DNA of 64,000 nt. Source: Macrostomum lignano. Lineage: Eukaryota. Location of the stretch: the NCBI GenBank assembly GCA_002269645.1, contig NIVC01000628.1, positions 124,001-188,000 of the forward strand, in the 5' to 3' direction. Of this stretch, positions 1-13,430 are shown piece after piece; the first letter of the stretch is position 1, and every line of letters starts with the position of its first letter. Below the pieces are notes generated by a model. The model saw only the letters and a list, made by a program, of their open reading frames with translations, had not been told where the DNA came from and did no database searches. The translations under genes were made by a program, and so were the position numbers.

Positions 1-22
1 TGGAATCCCACCCGCCTCCCAG

Positions 23-2076
23 GCGTTCCTCCGCGGCGTGACGGTGGTGATCAAACGGAAATTCTCAGCCTCGGCCTTCTGGGACGACTGCGCCCGCTAC
101 CAGTGCACGGCGGCGCAGTACATCGGCGAGATCTGCCGCTACTTGCTGGCCCAGCCTGCCAAGCAGTCGGACAGGCGGCACCGGGTTCGCGTCATGTTCG
201 GCAACGGGCTCCGGCCGCAAATCTGGCGCGAATTTCAGCAGCGATTCGGCGTCGATAAAATGGGCGAATTCTACGGCGCCACGGAGTCCAACTGCAACAT
301 GGTGAACATTGACAACACGGTTGGCGCTGTGGGATTCCTCAGCCAGATCGCGCCCAGCGTCTACCCGCTCCGGCTGGTCCGGGTCGATCCCGACACTGGC
401 GAGCCGCTCAGGAACCCGCGGGATCAGCTGTGCGTGCCTGCTGGTCCCGGCGAGCCCGGCGAACTTATCGGCAGTGTTGTGCCCGGCGACGCAATCCGCG
501 GCATCGACGGCTACGTGTGCAAGCAGGCCACGGAGAAGAAGATGCTGAGAAATGTGCTGCGCCACGGCGATTGCTATTTCTCTACTGGGGACGTGCTGGT
601 CATGGACGAGCTGGGCTATATGTACTTTAGGGACAGGACTGGGGATACGTTCCGGTGGAAGGGCGAGAATGTGTCCACCTCTGAGGCGAGTTGCCGCTTT
701 GCTTACTGCTTCAGTAGGGGGCGGATTGATACAGACAGTCTAGAGTGAGATGAGATTAAGAGGCTAGAGTGAGATTAAGAGGCTGGAGTGAGATGAGGTT
801 AAGAGTCTAGAGTGAGATTAAGCGGCTAAAGTGCGATTAAGAGGCTGGAGTGAGATTATGAAGCTAGAGTGAGATTAAGAGGCTGGAGTGAGATTATTAA
901 GCTAGAGTGGGATTAAGAGGCTGGAGTGAGATTAAGAGGCTGGAGTGAGATGAGATTAAGAGGCTAGAGTGAGATTAAGAGGCTGGAGTGAGGTAAGAGG
1001 CTGGAGTGAGGTAAGAGGCTGGAGTGAGGTAAGAGGCTGGAGTGAGGTAAGAGTTTGGAGTGAGATAAGAGTCTAGAGTGAGATTATGATGCTAGAGTGA
1101 AATGAAAAAAGAGGCTAGAGTGAGATTAAGAGGCTAGTGTGAGATTAAGAGGCTAGTGTGAGATGAGAATAAGTCTGGAGTGAGATAAGATTAGGAGGCC
1201 AGATTGAAATGAGAATAAGTCTGGAGTGAGATAAGATTAAGAGGCTAGATTGAGATGAGATTAAGAGGCTGGATTAAGGTAAGATTAGGAGGCTAGAGTG
1301 AGATGAGATTAATAGGCTAGAGTGAGATGAGATTAAGAGGCTAGAGCGAGATGAGATTAAGAGGCTAGAGCGAGATGAGATTAAGAGGCTAGAGCGAGAT
1401 GAGATTAAGAGGCTGGATTGAGATGAGATTAAGAGGCTAGAGCGAGATGAGATTAAGAGGCTAGAGCGAGATGAGATTAAGAGGCTGGATTGAGATGAGA
1501 TTAAGAGGCTAGAGCGAGATGAGATTAAGAGGCTAGAGCGAGATGAGATTAAGAGGCTGGATTGAGATGAGATTAAGAGGCTGGATTGAGATGAGATTAA
1601 GAGGCTAGAGTGAGATGAGATTAAGAGGCTAGAGTGAGATCCTCACCATTTCTCCCTAATCCTGACCTCCTGTTCCCGCATGTGCCCCCCCCCCCCAGGT
1701 GGAGGCCTGCCTGTCCAACGTACTCTCGCTGGCCGACTGCGCTGTCTATGGCGTCGAGGTGCCCGGCAACGAGGGCCGCGCCGGCATGGCGGCTGTGGCC
1801 GATCCCGAGGGCCGCGGTGTTGAAGTGGCCCGGCTGGCCCAGCACCTGCCCCATCTGCTGCCAGCCTACGCCAGGCCGCTGTTCCTTCGAATTGTCCGCC
1901 ACATCGAGGCCACCGGCACCTTCAAGATGAAGAAGACCGAGCTGCGCAAGGACGGCTTCGATCCCGACAGGTGCTGCGGAGATCCCCTCTACTACCTGTG
2001 CTGCCGGTCTGGGCAGTACCTGGCCCTGGATGGGCCTGCATTTGCCGCCATCGCTAGGGGAGAAATCCGATTCTAG
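23..2076 (+). CDS. SLC27A: Long-chain fatty acid transport protein (FATP/SLC27 family), 3' part; exons 23..685 and 1699..2076; 5' exons lie outside the window
   Basis: FATP motifs [56 protein letters not shown]|VE and TGTFKMKK. Acceptor cccag at 21-22, GC donor AG|GCGAGT at 686 and acceptor ccccag at 1697-1698 join in phase 0. Confidence 0.93.
740..1640. repeat. Intronic minisatellite with a 19-24 bp unit (GAGATGAGATTAAGAGGCTAGAGC-like)
   Basis: Tandem copies fill the FATP intron. Confidence 0.95.
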
Positions 2077-2119
2077 GTGCCTGTCACTCCGAGAGGGGAC
2101 TGGTGGGCCTGTCACTCCG

Positions 2120-2895
2120 ACTGGGGATGTTCTGTCACTCTGATTGAGGACTGTCTGTCACTCTGATTGAGGACTGTCTGTCACTCTGATTGATGACTGT
2201 CTGTCACTCTGATTGAGGACTGTCTGTCACTCTGATTGAGGACTGTCTGTCACTCTGATTGAGGACTGTCTGTCACTCTGATTGAGGACTGTCTGTCACT
2301 CTGATTGAGGACTGTCTGTCACTCTGATTGAGGACTGTCTGTCACTCTGATTGAGGACTGTCTGTCACTCTTATTGAGGACTGACTGTCACACTTACTGA
2401 GGATTGTCTGTAACTCTTTGGGATTGCCTGTCACTCTTGTTGGGGATTGCCTGTCACTCTTGTTGGGGACTGTCTATCACTCTTGTTGGGGACTGTCTGT
2501 CACTCTTATCGGGGATTGTCTATCACTCTTGTTGGGGACTGTCTGTCACTCTTATCGGGGACTGTCTGTCACTCTTGTTGGGGACTGTCTGTCACTCTTA
2601 TCGGGGACTGTCTGTCACTCTTATCGGGGACTGTCTGTCACTCTTATCGGGGACTGTCTATCACTCTTGTTGGGGACTGTCTGTCACTCTTATCGGGGAT
2701 TGTCTATCACTCTTGTTGGGGACTGTCTGTCACTCTTATCGGGGATTGTCTATCACTCTTGTTGGGGATTGCCTGTCACTCTTGTTGGGGATTGCCTATC
2801 ACTCTTGTTGGGGATTGCCTGTCACTCTTGTTGGAGATTGCCTGTCACTCTTGTTGGGGACTGTCTGTCACTCTTATCGGGGATTGTCTGTCACT
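2120..2895. repeat. 23-bp minisatellite (CTCTGATTGAGGACTGTCTGTCA drifting to CTCTTGTTGGGGACTGTCTGTCA)
   Basis: Period of 23 bp read directly; it produces the spurious ORFs at 2404-2953. Confidence 0.95.
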
Positions 2896-3746
2896 CCTAC
2901 TGGTTAATCAAAGAGCTAATTGCAGGTGTCTGGCACTGAGCCAGCCGCCGTGACGATCACATAAGTTTTCCTGCACAGTCTGTGAACAAATTTGTCTCAT
3001 TAATAGAAGTTTCTATTTAGTTCAGGCGTTTCGCCCTCACTCTGTATCCCAGTGTGTGTCCCTCTTAATTATTTACTATGACGCCAAGTAGTTCCAATTC
3101 TCTCTAATCCTCTTAAATGGTTTTATTACTTGACTTATTTGCTTCATTTTTTATATAAAATGCAGTTTAGTTTAAACTTTTTTCAGTTAGCCACTGTCTT
3201 TCATTGTGTTAGAATCCCTGTAGCTGACCTTCTATGTTCACTGAGTAATTCGATCATTAGTACAGGCAAATATGAGAATATTTATCAATTGACCATGTGC
3301 CTGCAGTTTCCTTATGACTGGCCTTTTTTAATTTGTTATCATATTGTAGTAGCCTTTGATTTTTTTAATTTTCTGTAAATGTCGTCACTGTTTTTCTAGC
3401 TTTTTTGTTTGTTAATAACAAGATTACCTTGCGCAGCTGCAGACCATTCCTTCGCATTATTTAGCATGGAATATATAAATATAGCCGTGAGCTATTGCGT
3501 CTGAACAACTGACTGACTTTATAATCAGTTTCATTTCTGCTTATTGTTTTGTGTAATTTCCTGTCAGTTAAAATATGTTTTCAAAATTATATTAACAAAA
3601 CTGTTGGGTAGGAATACAAATTGCTTTGACTGAAATTAATACTTCAACAATGGTTTGTCACGATTTCGCTTTGATAAACTGTTTGCTGGCAATTTGGCTT
3701 TCAAGTTCTTTTTTAGGACTGGCAACGGGGTCTATTTGATGTTTCC

Positions 3747-4161
3747 ATGTCTGTCTGTCTGTCTCTTTGTGTCTGTCTGTCTGTTTGTCTGTCTCTTGGT
3801 GTCTGTCTGTCTTTCTGTCTGTCTGTCTGTCTATCTGTCTGTCTGTCTCTTTGTGTCTGTCTGTCTGTCTGCCTGCCTGTCTGCCTATCTGTCTGTCTGT
3901 CTCTTTGTGTCTGCCTGCCTGTCTGCCTATCTGTCTGTCTGTCTCTTTGTGTCTGCCTGCCTGTCTGCCTATCTGTCTGTCTGTCTCTTTGTGTCTGCCT
4001 GCCTGCCTGCCTGTCTGTCTGTCTGTCTGCCTGTCTGTCTGTCTGTCTCTTTGTGTCTGTCTGTCTGTCTGCCTGCCTGTCTGCCTATCTGTCTGTCTGT
4101 CTCTTTGTGTCTGCCTGCCTGTCTGCCTATCTGTCTGTCTGTCTCTTTGTGTCTGCCTGCC

Positions 4162-4194
<33 letters not shown>

Positions 4195-4478
4195 GCCTGT
4201 CTGTCTGTCTATCTGTCTCTTTGTGTCTGTCTGTCTGTCTGCCTGTCTGTCTGTCTGTCTGTCTGTCTCTTTGTGTCTACCTGTCTGTCTATCTGTCTCT
4301 TTGTGTCTGCCTGTCTGTCTGTCTGTCTCTTTGTGTCTGCCTGCCTGCCTGTCTGTCTGTCTGTCTGCCTGTCTATCTGTCTGTCTGTCTGTCTGTCTCT
4401 TTGTGTCTGCCTGTCTGTCTGTCTGTCTGTCTGTCTCTTTGTGTCTGTCTGCCTGTGTGTCTGTCTGTCTGTCTCTCT
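3747..4478. repeat. Compound (CTGT)n microsatellite with CTTTGTGT interruptions
   Basis: Seen directly; source of the CLSV and RQTD ORFs. Confidence 0.97.
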
Positions 4479-4813
4479 GTACTGTATTGCAGTTTATTAT
4501 CCGGTCCATATCGCTTTGAACTTCACTGCTTGGATGAGCCAGGCGTACCGCGGCCCAGCTCGCGAGCATTCAAATTACGAGCGTATTTCGAATCGAATAT
4601 TTAACTCAAATACTTCAGTTTTAAAGTTTCAGCATTTCAAGAAGTCAAGTAAGGAAGGTCTAATTATAAAAATTACAATAAAATTGCATACGGTACGTGC
4701 ATTCCAATTAGTATGTGCACTAGAAAAGTACATTTACAGTCTGGCTGTAAATGTACCGTCAGCCAGCAAGTACACGTGATGACAAATAAGCACCGGCCAA
4801 ACCAGCTCTGAGC

Positions 4814-6782
4814 TCATTGCCCTCCACTCCACTCGGACAGCAGCTCCCGGAATCGCGCGATCTCGTTGGCGAACTTTTCCGGCTGTTCTTCCGCTTGCCG
4901 ATAGAATGCCGCCGACGTTCGCAGCGCCTCGATGAGCGGCGTCGCCGGCAGCCAATCGCCGCAGGCCTCGGCCGCCTTCTCCACGCTGATTGGTCCGCTG
5001 GTCACGGTGGGGTAGAGCTGGCTGGCCGACTCGCTGAATTCGATTCTCGGCGCCTCGGGCAGCTCCATGGCTTCGGCCAGCCGGCCAACGAACGCCTCCG
5101 CTGTCCAGGTCTCCTGGTAGGCGAAGTTGAAGATTTCCTTGACTGAGCCGAGCGGTCTGGCCAGGCGTCTGTAGCGATCGACAAGGCCGACCAAGAAGTC
5201 GGCCACGTCGCCGACGTAGGCCAGCGACATTCGGGCGTCGCGGCTGAAGCTCGGCAGGCGCACGCGGCCTGCAGCCGCTCCGTGAACTAAGTACCAGAAC
5301 CTGTAGCTGGTGTCCCTGGGCCCGAACGTGTCCGGGATGCGCACGATGGTGTAGTCGTAGAGAGCCCCATTGTGCTCTGCGGCCAGCAGGTCGACAATGA
5401 ACTCCGCTGTGAGCTTCAGCTCCGCGTAGCGACGTCCGGCGCGCAGACGGTTGCGTAGCGCCGCGTCGGACGGGAAGGCGCCGTCAGATTCGCGCGACCT
5501 GCCGGCGTGTCGCTTGTCCGACACGTCGTAGACGGAGTCGGTGCTCAGGTACACGTAGTACTGGAACCGGCCGGTCAGCAGCTGGACGCTTTGCATCACT
5601 GCTACGTCAGCGTAGCCGGAGAGGTCGATGACGGCCAGGAACGGCCGCGCCTCCAGCTGCGAGAGGCTGGCGCAGTCCGTGAGGTCAAAGTTGCGGTCGC
5701 AGGTCAGCACCCGGCTGTGGTGGCTGCTGTGCCACTGCCAGTAGGTGTTGTTCCTGTGCAGGGTAGTCACATTGTAGCCGCGCGAGGCCAGACGCTCCAC
5801 AGTGTGGCTGCCGATAAAGCCGTTGCCTCCGAGCACGAGGATGTCTCTGGCGCGGCGGGAGGGCGGAGTTGGTGCGCAGATTGTGACTTTGAGCACTGCA
5901 ACGATTGAATCAAGGCAAAATTTGATCCGTCAAGGAAGGGACGCAATGATGCAGTCCAGCTCCCAGGAATAGGGACACAATGATGCGGTCCAGCTCTCAG
6001 GAATAGGGACACAATGATGCGGTCCAGCTCTCAGGAATAGGGACACAATGATGCGGTCCAGCTCTCAGGAATAGGGACACAATGATGCGGTCCAGCTCTC
6101 AGGAACAGGGACACAATGATGCGGTCCAGCTCTCAGGAACAGGGACACAATGATGCGGTCCAGCTCTCAGGAATAGGGACACAATGATGCGGTCCAGCTC
6201 TCAGGAACAGGGACACAATGATGCGGTCCAGCTCTCAGGAACAGGGACACAATGATGCGGTCCAGCTCTCAGGAACAGGGACACAATGATGCGGTCCAGC
6301 TCTCAGGAACAGGGACACAATGATGCGGTCCAGCTCTCAGGAATAGGGACACAATGATGCGGTCCAGCTCTCAGGAATAGGGACACAATGATGCGGTCCA
6401 GCTCTCAGGAACAGGGACACAATGATGCGGTCCAGCTCTCAGGAACAGGGACACAATGATGCGGTCCAGCTCTCAGGAACAGGGACACAATGATGCGGTC
6501 CAGCTGTCAGTAATAGGGACACAATGATGCGGTCCAGCTCTCAGGAACAGGGATACAATGATGCGGTCCAGCTGTCAGTAATACAGACACAATGGTGCAA
6601 ACCAGCTCTACCTAGCCCGCAGACAAAATCCTCAACCCCTGAGTTTACCTGTTCCCCTCGGAGTGGTCCCTCGGTGCATCGGGATCCGCGTAGCGACTGT
6701 TCAGGTGGGCCAGGCTCGGGGAGGCGCAGCAGGCGGTGACCACCAGCAGCACAGTCAGCAGCAGCCATCGTTGATGCGGCAT
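4814..6782 (-). CDS. Extended SDR / NAD-dependent epimerase-dehydratase-like protein with predicted signal peptide; exons 6649..6782 and 4814..5846 (388 aa)
   Basis: Exon 1 reads MPHQRWLLLTVLLVVTACCASPSLAHLN..., with donor AG|GTAAAC and phase-2 acceptor cgccag|A. It contains Rossmann motif ILVLGGNGFIG, YVYLSTDSVY and YxxxK (YAELK). Confidence 0.82.
5940..6600. repeat. 34-bp minisatellite (AATGATGCGGTCCAGCTCTCAGGAAYAGGGACAC)
   Basis: About 19 near-identical copies inside the SDR intron. Confidence 0.96.
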
Positions 6783-7209
6783 CTGCGCGCCTGTTCTTCG
6801 TTTCTGCACTGCTTCCGATGCACGCGGAACCTTTTACCGTGGGGTGTTTTATCCTTCCTCTAGGCTGGGAGCATCGAATGATTTTCTTCCCCTAATCGGT
6901 GCAGTGCACATTCTTTCTTCCCTGCTGATTCATGCATAAATTTCTCCCTCAAGTTCGCACAGTTTCGCATCGGAAAAATCCCTATACACACTGTACATTC
7001 TCTGAGGCTGTACGCTGCGCTTGAAGGGAAGCTGACAGCACGTTGTTTCGAATTAAAAGCAACAGAATATTGCTACAGTTTTCCCTGCAAAGTAAAGGTT
7101 TGCATCAGGTTTGTTCAACAAATTACAAGGCTTGATGCAGGGGTCCGCAAAATTCTTAACCTCTAAGGGCCAGATTAATATGAGCTAAGATCTAGCTCGT
7201 TAGCTCAGG

Positions 7210-7480
7210 CTAGATGAGAGAGGAAAATAGAGGGAATAGATGAGGAGAGGAAAGTGGATAGGAAAAATGAAAGAGGAGAGAGATGACGAGAGGCAAGAGA
7301 GGTAATGAGATGAGATATGGGAGGAGAGAGAAGAGATGAGAAGATGAGACGAGAGGAGAAGAAGGGAGAAGAGAGGAGCGAGAAGAGAGGGGAGAGAAGA
7401 GAGGAGAGAATAGAGAGAAGGGTTCATGAGATGAAAGAAGATCAAAAGAGAGAAGCGGTGGGACAGTAGGGAAGAGAGCT
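7210..7480. repeat. GA-rich low-complexity tract
   Basis: Purine-only runs of GAGA and GAAG. Confidence 0.85.
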
Positions 7481-7869
7481 GAGATGAGACATAAACCTGA
7501 AGAGGACCTGACTGCTATTGTGCTGTTTCAAAGGACCTTTGATTCATGCTTACACCTGCAATCAGTTTCGAAAGTTTAAAAAGTCGTCTCATTAAGAAGT
7601 AAAAATCATAATGCATTTAGAATTTTTTCATCAAGTCCGCCCGCAGAGGTCATCGCAGCAGCTCTTAGCGGACCTACAGAAGGGGCTTGTCAGCCGTCAA
7701 ATCCAGTTTCTTTATAAATTTATTTGAAAGAAAAATAAACGAAATCGCAGAGAAAATTTAATCAAACAGGAAGAAAACAAATTGTACACACAGGGACTGT
7801 AGGGGCAGTGGAGGGAGGGCAAGTCACCTAGTGCAGGCTCTGAACTTTGCTTTCAGCTCGGCCTTCAAA

Positions 7870-7905
7870 TTTTGATTGGCTGGGTACGGGTGAGTCACGT
7901 GATGA
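7870..7905. promoter_or_regulatory. Possible promoter element cluster (ATTGG/CCAAT box plus GTCACGTGAT E-box) upstream of the SDR gene
   Basis: Motifs gattggct and gtcacgtgat are adjacent; function is inferred only. Confidence 0.3.
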
Positions 7906-8172
7906 CTTGGATTTTGGTTTGCCTAAGAAACTCCATTTTACAGCCGCAAAGTCCCTAATAAAAATATTTTAAATAAAATAATAAATAGTAATAATGTTAG
8001 CGGGACTTGAAGTTTGCCAACATTTATACCATTGAACGGTGCATCAGTAACTCAGAGAGTGATATCAGCATAAAGCAATAAAACAATTACATAAAGCAGT
8101 TCGCGCGAACCCAGCGGTGGCAACAGAGGGGTTTACCGCAATTGACTGCCAATCAACAGGTTGTGTCATCCT

Positions 8173-9886
<1,714 letters not shown>

Positions 9887-10211
9887 GTCTACACGTTGTT
9901 TGTGTCTTCTAAAGCTCAGACAGGTAAAGTTTAGTTTACAAACTTAGCTAATGCAAAACGGAAAATTCGCAAACAAAAACTATGTTAAAAATGAACGTCT
10001 AAGCAAGTCGTAGCAACGAATCGTTATAACAAAAACGGCATAGTTACGAGAAAAAAATCTGGCGCGGTTTCAAATTTAATTCATCGCGATTTTTATACAG
10101 CTCTTCGTCTGCTCGGAGCCATAGCTTACTTTTTTAACTTCTTTATTCTGCCTTTACCGTCTGTCCTTCCTAAGTTTCTAGCGTAGGTTAAAATAAAGTA
10201 TTGTTTTCAAT
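9887..10211. promoter_or_regulatory. Putative bidirectional promoter between CYB5D1 and the CFAP97D2-like gene
   Basis: Divergent ATGs are about 325 bp apart. An RFX/X-box-like half site TAGCAAC lies at 10011-10017. Confidence 0.6.
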
Positions 10212-11774
10212 ATGCATCGGTACCACTACAACCTTTTTCCATGCCAAAATAGGCTTCTTCAAATGCAATATGACAAAGCTGCTTATCAACGTCATATGGA
10301 TGGGGTATGTACTGCCCGATTCTCTTCGTAGGAGCTAATTTTGTAAAATGGTTTAAAATTATTCCTTATTTTCCTGTCTTATTCATCTAATAAAGTTCAA
10401 AGTTTTTTTAGCCAGGCTTGTGTCATTTAAATGCTTTTTTGTTTAGAATTAGAGTCTGTATAGAATAATTTCTAAAAATTTTACATCAATGTACTCTAAT
10501 TAACAGCATAGCCCATTCTCTATTGGAAAAACCATAATTAGTCTTACTAAAGGCGACTTTTTAAGTCACTACAAAGCGTTTAAACGTATTCACAAATATC
10601 CAGGTTCGAAAGGCTCGCCCAAAGGTGGACACCAGTTCACCGCAAACCTTCATTCATCTGCATCTCAAGCCGAAGAAGCTACAGCTAGAGGAAGAACGGT
10701 TGGCCATCATTGAGCGCGACAACCGCCTGCTGCTGGAGAAGATGTCCACCATCATGCGGAAGCAGAGCAGAGTGGACAATGTTAACAATTACGAACCGAA
10801 GAGGTCAGTCAGTCAGTCAGTCAGTCAGTCAGTCAGTCAGTCAGTCAGTCAGTCAGTCAGTCAGTCAGTCAGTCAGTCAGTCAGTCAGTCAGTCAGTCAA
10901 TCAGTCAGTCAGTCAGTCAGTCAGTCAGTCAGTCAGCCAGTCAGGGCACAAATTAACAAAAAATCATTCAATAATTGCAGCCTGAACCGAGAGAAGCGAC
11001 AGCGCGAACTACTGAAGGTCACGCGCGACAATAAGAGCATGATGGAGCGCATCATCAGCAGGTCAAGCATGCGACAGGAGCGGGAATGGGAGGCCGACTG
11101 GCAGCGGAATCTGGCTTATATGGACAGCATCAGCCGCTACCCCACTGGCTGGTGGGAGAAGGTGCGCGCTTGAATAAAGTCCTTGAGGATCTTCTTCTCC
11201 GCTCCCTCAGTCCTTGGGAATCTGCCTCTCCGCTCATTCAGAACTTGAGAATCTGCCTCTCCGCTCCCTCAGTCCTTGGGAATCTGCCTCTCCGCTCCCT
11301 CAGAACTTGAGAATCTGCCTCTCCGCTCCCTCAGAACTTGAGAATCTGCCTCTCCGCTCCCTCAGAACTTGAGAATCTGCCTCTCCGCTCCCTCAGAACT
11401 TGAGAATCTGCTTCTCCGCTCCCTCAGAACTTGAGAATCTGCTTCTCCGCTCATTCAGTCCTTGAGAATCTGCTCCCCCCCCCAGTGCTTGGATCTCCTG
11501 TGATCCGGTCTGTCTCTCTAATATTCAACTGTATTTAATTTACAACCCCGTCGAACTTCAGGAGAAAACGTCCATGTCGCTTCAGTCGCAGAATCGCGGC
11601 GGCAGCAGCCGTGACGGAGGTCGCGAACGAACTTCGAAACGCTCTGGCGGCGGTGGCAACGGCAGCAACAGAAGCCGCGGCTACGACAGCGGCAGCTTCG
11701 CCTCCACATCCAAGGGCGACGAGAGCGAGAAGAGCGGCGAGAACCGGTCGCAAGCAGACATGCAGCAGCAGTGA
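10212..11774 (+). CDS. CFAP97D2: CFAP97 domain-containing (CFAP97D2/KIAA1430-like) ciliary protein; exons 10212..10304, 10604..10803, 10981..11161, 11562..11774
   Basis: MHRYHYNLFPCQNRLLQ, VDTSSP..HLHLKPKKLQLEEERLAIIERDNRLLLEKM and SLNREKRQRELLKVT match the family. All junctions are GT-AG and in phase. The last exon is low-complexity and less certain. Confidence 0.85.
10804..10942. repeat. (GTCA)n microsatellite beginning at the donor of CFAP97D2 intron 2
   Basis: Sequence reads AG|GTCAGTCAGTCA... Confidence 0.97.
11195..11470. repeat. 31-bp minisatellite (GAATCTGCCTCTCCGCTCCCTCAGAACTTGA) in CFAP97D2 intron 3
   Basis: About 9 copies with a 31-bp period. Confidence 0.93.
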
Positions 11775-12879
11775 TCGCCCCCCCCCTCCAGACTTTCCAA
11801 CTCCTTGCACACCTTGCCGGATAAGCATTGTTTCCCAATCCCAACTGAACTCCGCGTCACCTGGGGAAATTGAATAACTATTATTCCAATGTGTCCTCCG
11901 GTTCAGGCAGCTTCTCGCTCACTCCAGTAGCATCATTAGCGCGAGAAGGAATCGATCGCTTGCGCTCCAGGTTTGATGGGGTCATGTAAAAAGCTAGCTA
12001 GAAGTTATTTCCTTCCCCTACCCGCCTCCCCTTGTAAAAACCGTCACTGAGAAATCCATCCCCGTCGCTCCCGGGCCCGGTAGCAACCAGCTCGCCCACC
12101 TCAGCAACCGCTGTCAAAGCTGTTAGGCTTTCTTTTACGACCTGCGACAGCGGCGGAGAGGCCCTTGGATGGAGAGCGCCGCTCTCTACATGGCCAGTTT
12201 TGCTGAGCGTTCGCTCTGCTTCTCTGCAGATGAGAGACAATTATATTAATAAAATATATTGCCCAGGGCCAAGCCAGAGCAACCCTCACTCCCCGCCCTG
12301 TTGAGAATGATTCCAGACTGGTTTTTCCGCCAATTTGCCTTGCCGCTTCTGCAAAATTCTCGTGCCGTGACTTTTTTTCTGCTTGCGGGTGTCCAAGGTT
12401 TTTTGTCAAACTCTGCTGCCAATAATGTTTTACACCTTTCTGTTGTCGAGGCAATTTTCGCACCCTTTTAATTCTCTTGTCCTCGCTTTTTTGCCGCATT
12501 CATCTTTTTTGACACAATTTTTTGTTTCAATTTGCACCACTGTCTTTTTTTAGGCTGCCGAAATTGGCATTGCAATAACTGCTGCGAGACTGCTGTACAA
12601 CAAATCTAGTCCGGCTTCATGCAAATTTAATCGATTTTTTAATTTTCACACAGCTTCCAAAGCTGCTCTAAAGTGTCGGGTTGCACCCGAGAACGAGGTG
12701 TGCATCGAATCTAAATATACTAAAAATGAAAAGAAAAAACGTTTTGCACTCGAATGAATAGAAAAGAACAAAACGGTGGTGCCCTTGAATAATGCATTTT
12801 TGTGTCAAACTAACACACATTTTGCCAAATAAGGCCAACTACCCTACTAGAAGTACTGTATAGAGGAGTGTGGAGAGAT

Positions 12880-13430
12880 AATAGAGTCCATTAGTTGGCT
12901 GGTTATTATCAATCAGGCCGCCAGATAAGAGCGATCCCGTTGAAAGCGTTGACAAGACATGACAAGAGTCGCTAAAGAGATGTTGCAAACAACTCTCTAG
13001 CGACTCTAGCAACACTGGGGCGACTCTTGGGACTTTTTAACGACTCAAACGCGTCTAATGCGACGGAGAGGTGACTGTTGCGTCACAAGCGCGTCACGTC
13101 AGTTGTAGAATCGTAAAAGAGTCGCAAGAGTCCTTTAAGACTCGTTGTGTAGGCGCATACCTTTGTGACTCGAATTCATCAAGCGACGCAAATGCGCTTC
13201 ACACACAACTCAAGTGACTCTGGGACGCTTCTTGGCGTGGGCACCGCTTTCATCGGGGATGAGCGAGTTGTCAGCGCTAGATTCTACTGCCGAGAGAAAC
13301 TTGTGTGTTGTGCCGTCGGCGACTTCAGCTGTCAGGCCAAATCGTCGAGGCTCCCGAGACGCGCCCTGAGAGACAACAGCAGGGACAAGAAGGACAGGTG
13401 CTAAGAAGGGTTTTTTGCTAGAGACTCTGA
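12880..13430. mobile_element. Putative non-autonomous element with multiple hairpins and iterated GAGTC/GACTC motifs
   Basis: Hairpin at 12966-13006, imperfect inverted repeat 13020-13046 / 13108-13133, and about 10 GACTC/GAGTC pentamers. Termini are not defined. Confidence 0.35.

Noticed and set aside
2404-4779. Long ORFs (GDCLSLLL, CLSVCLSV and RQTDRQT types)
   Set aside because: They are translations of the 23-bp and (CTGT)n repeats, open in several frames and on both strands.
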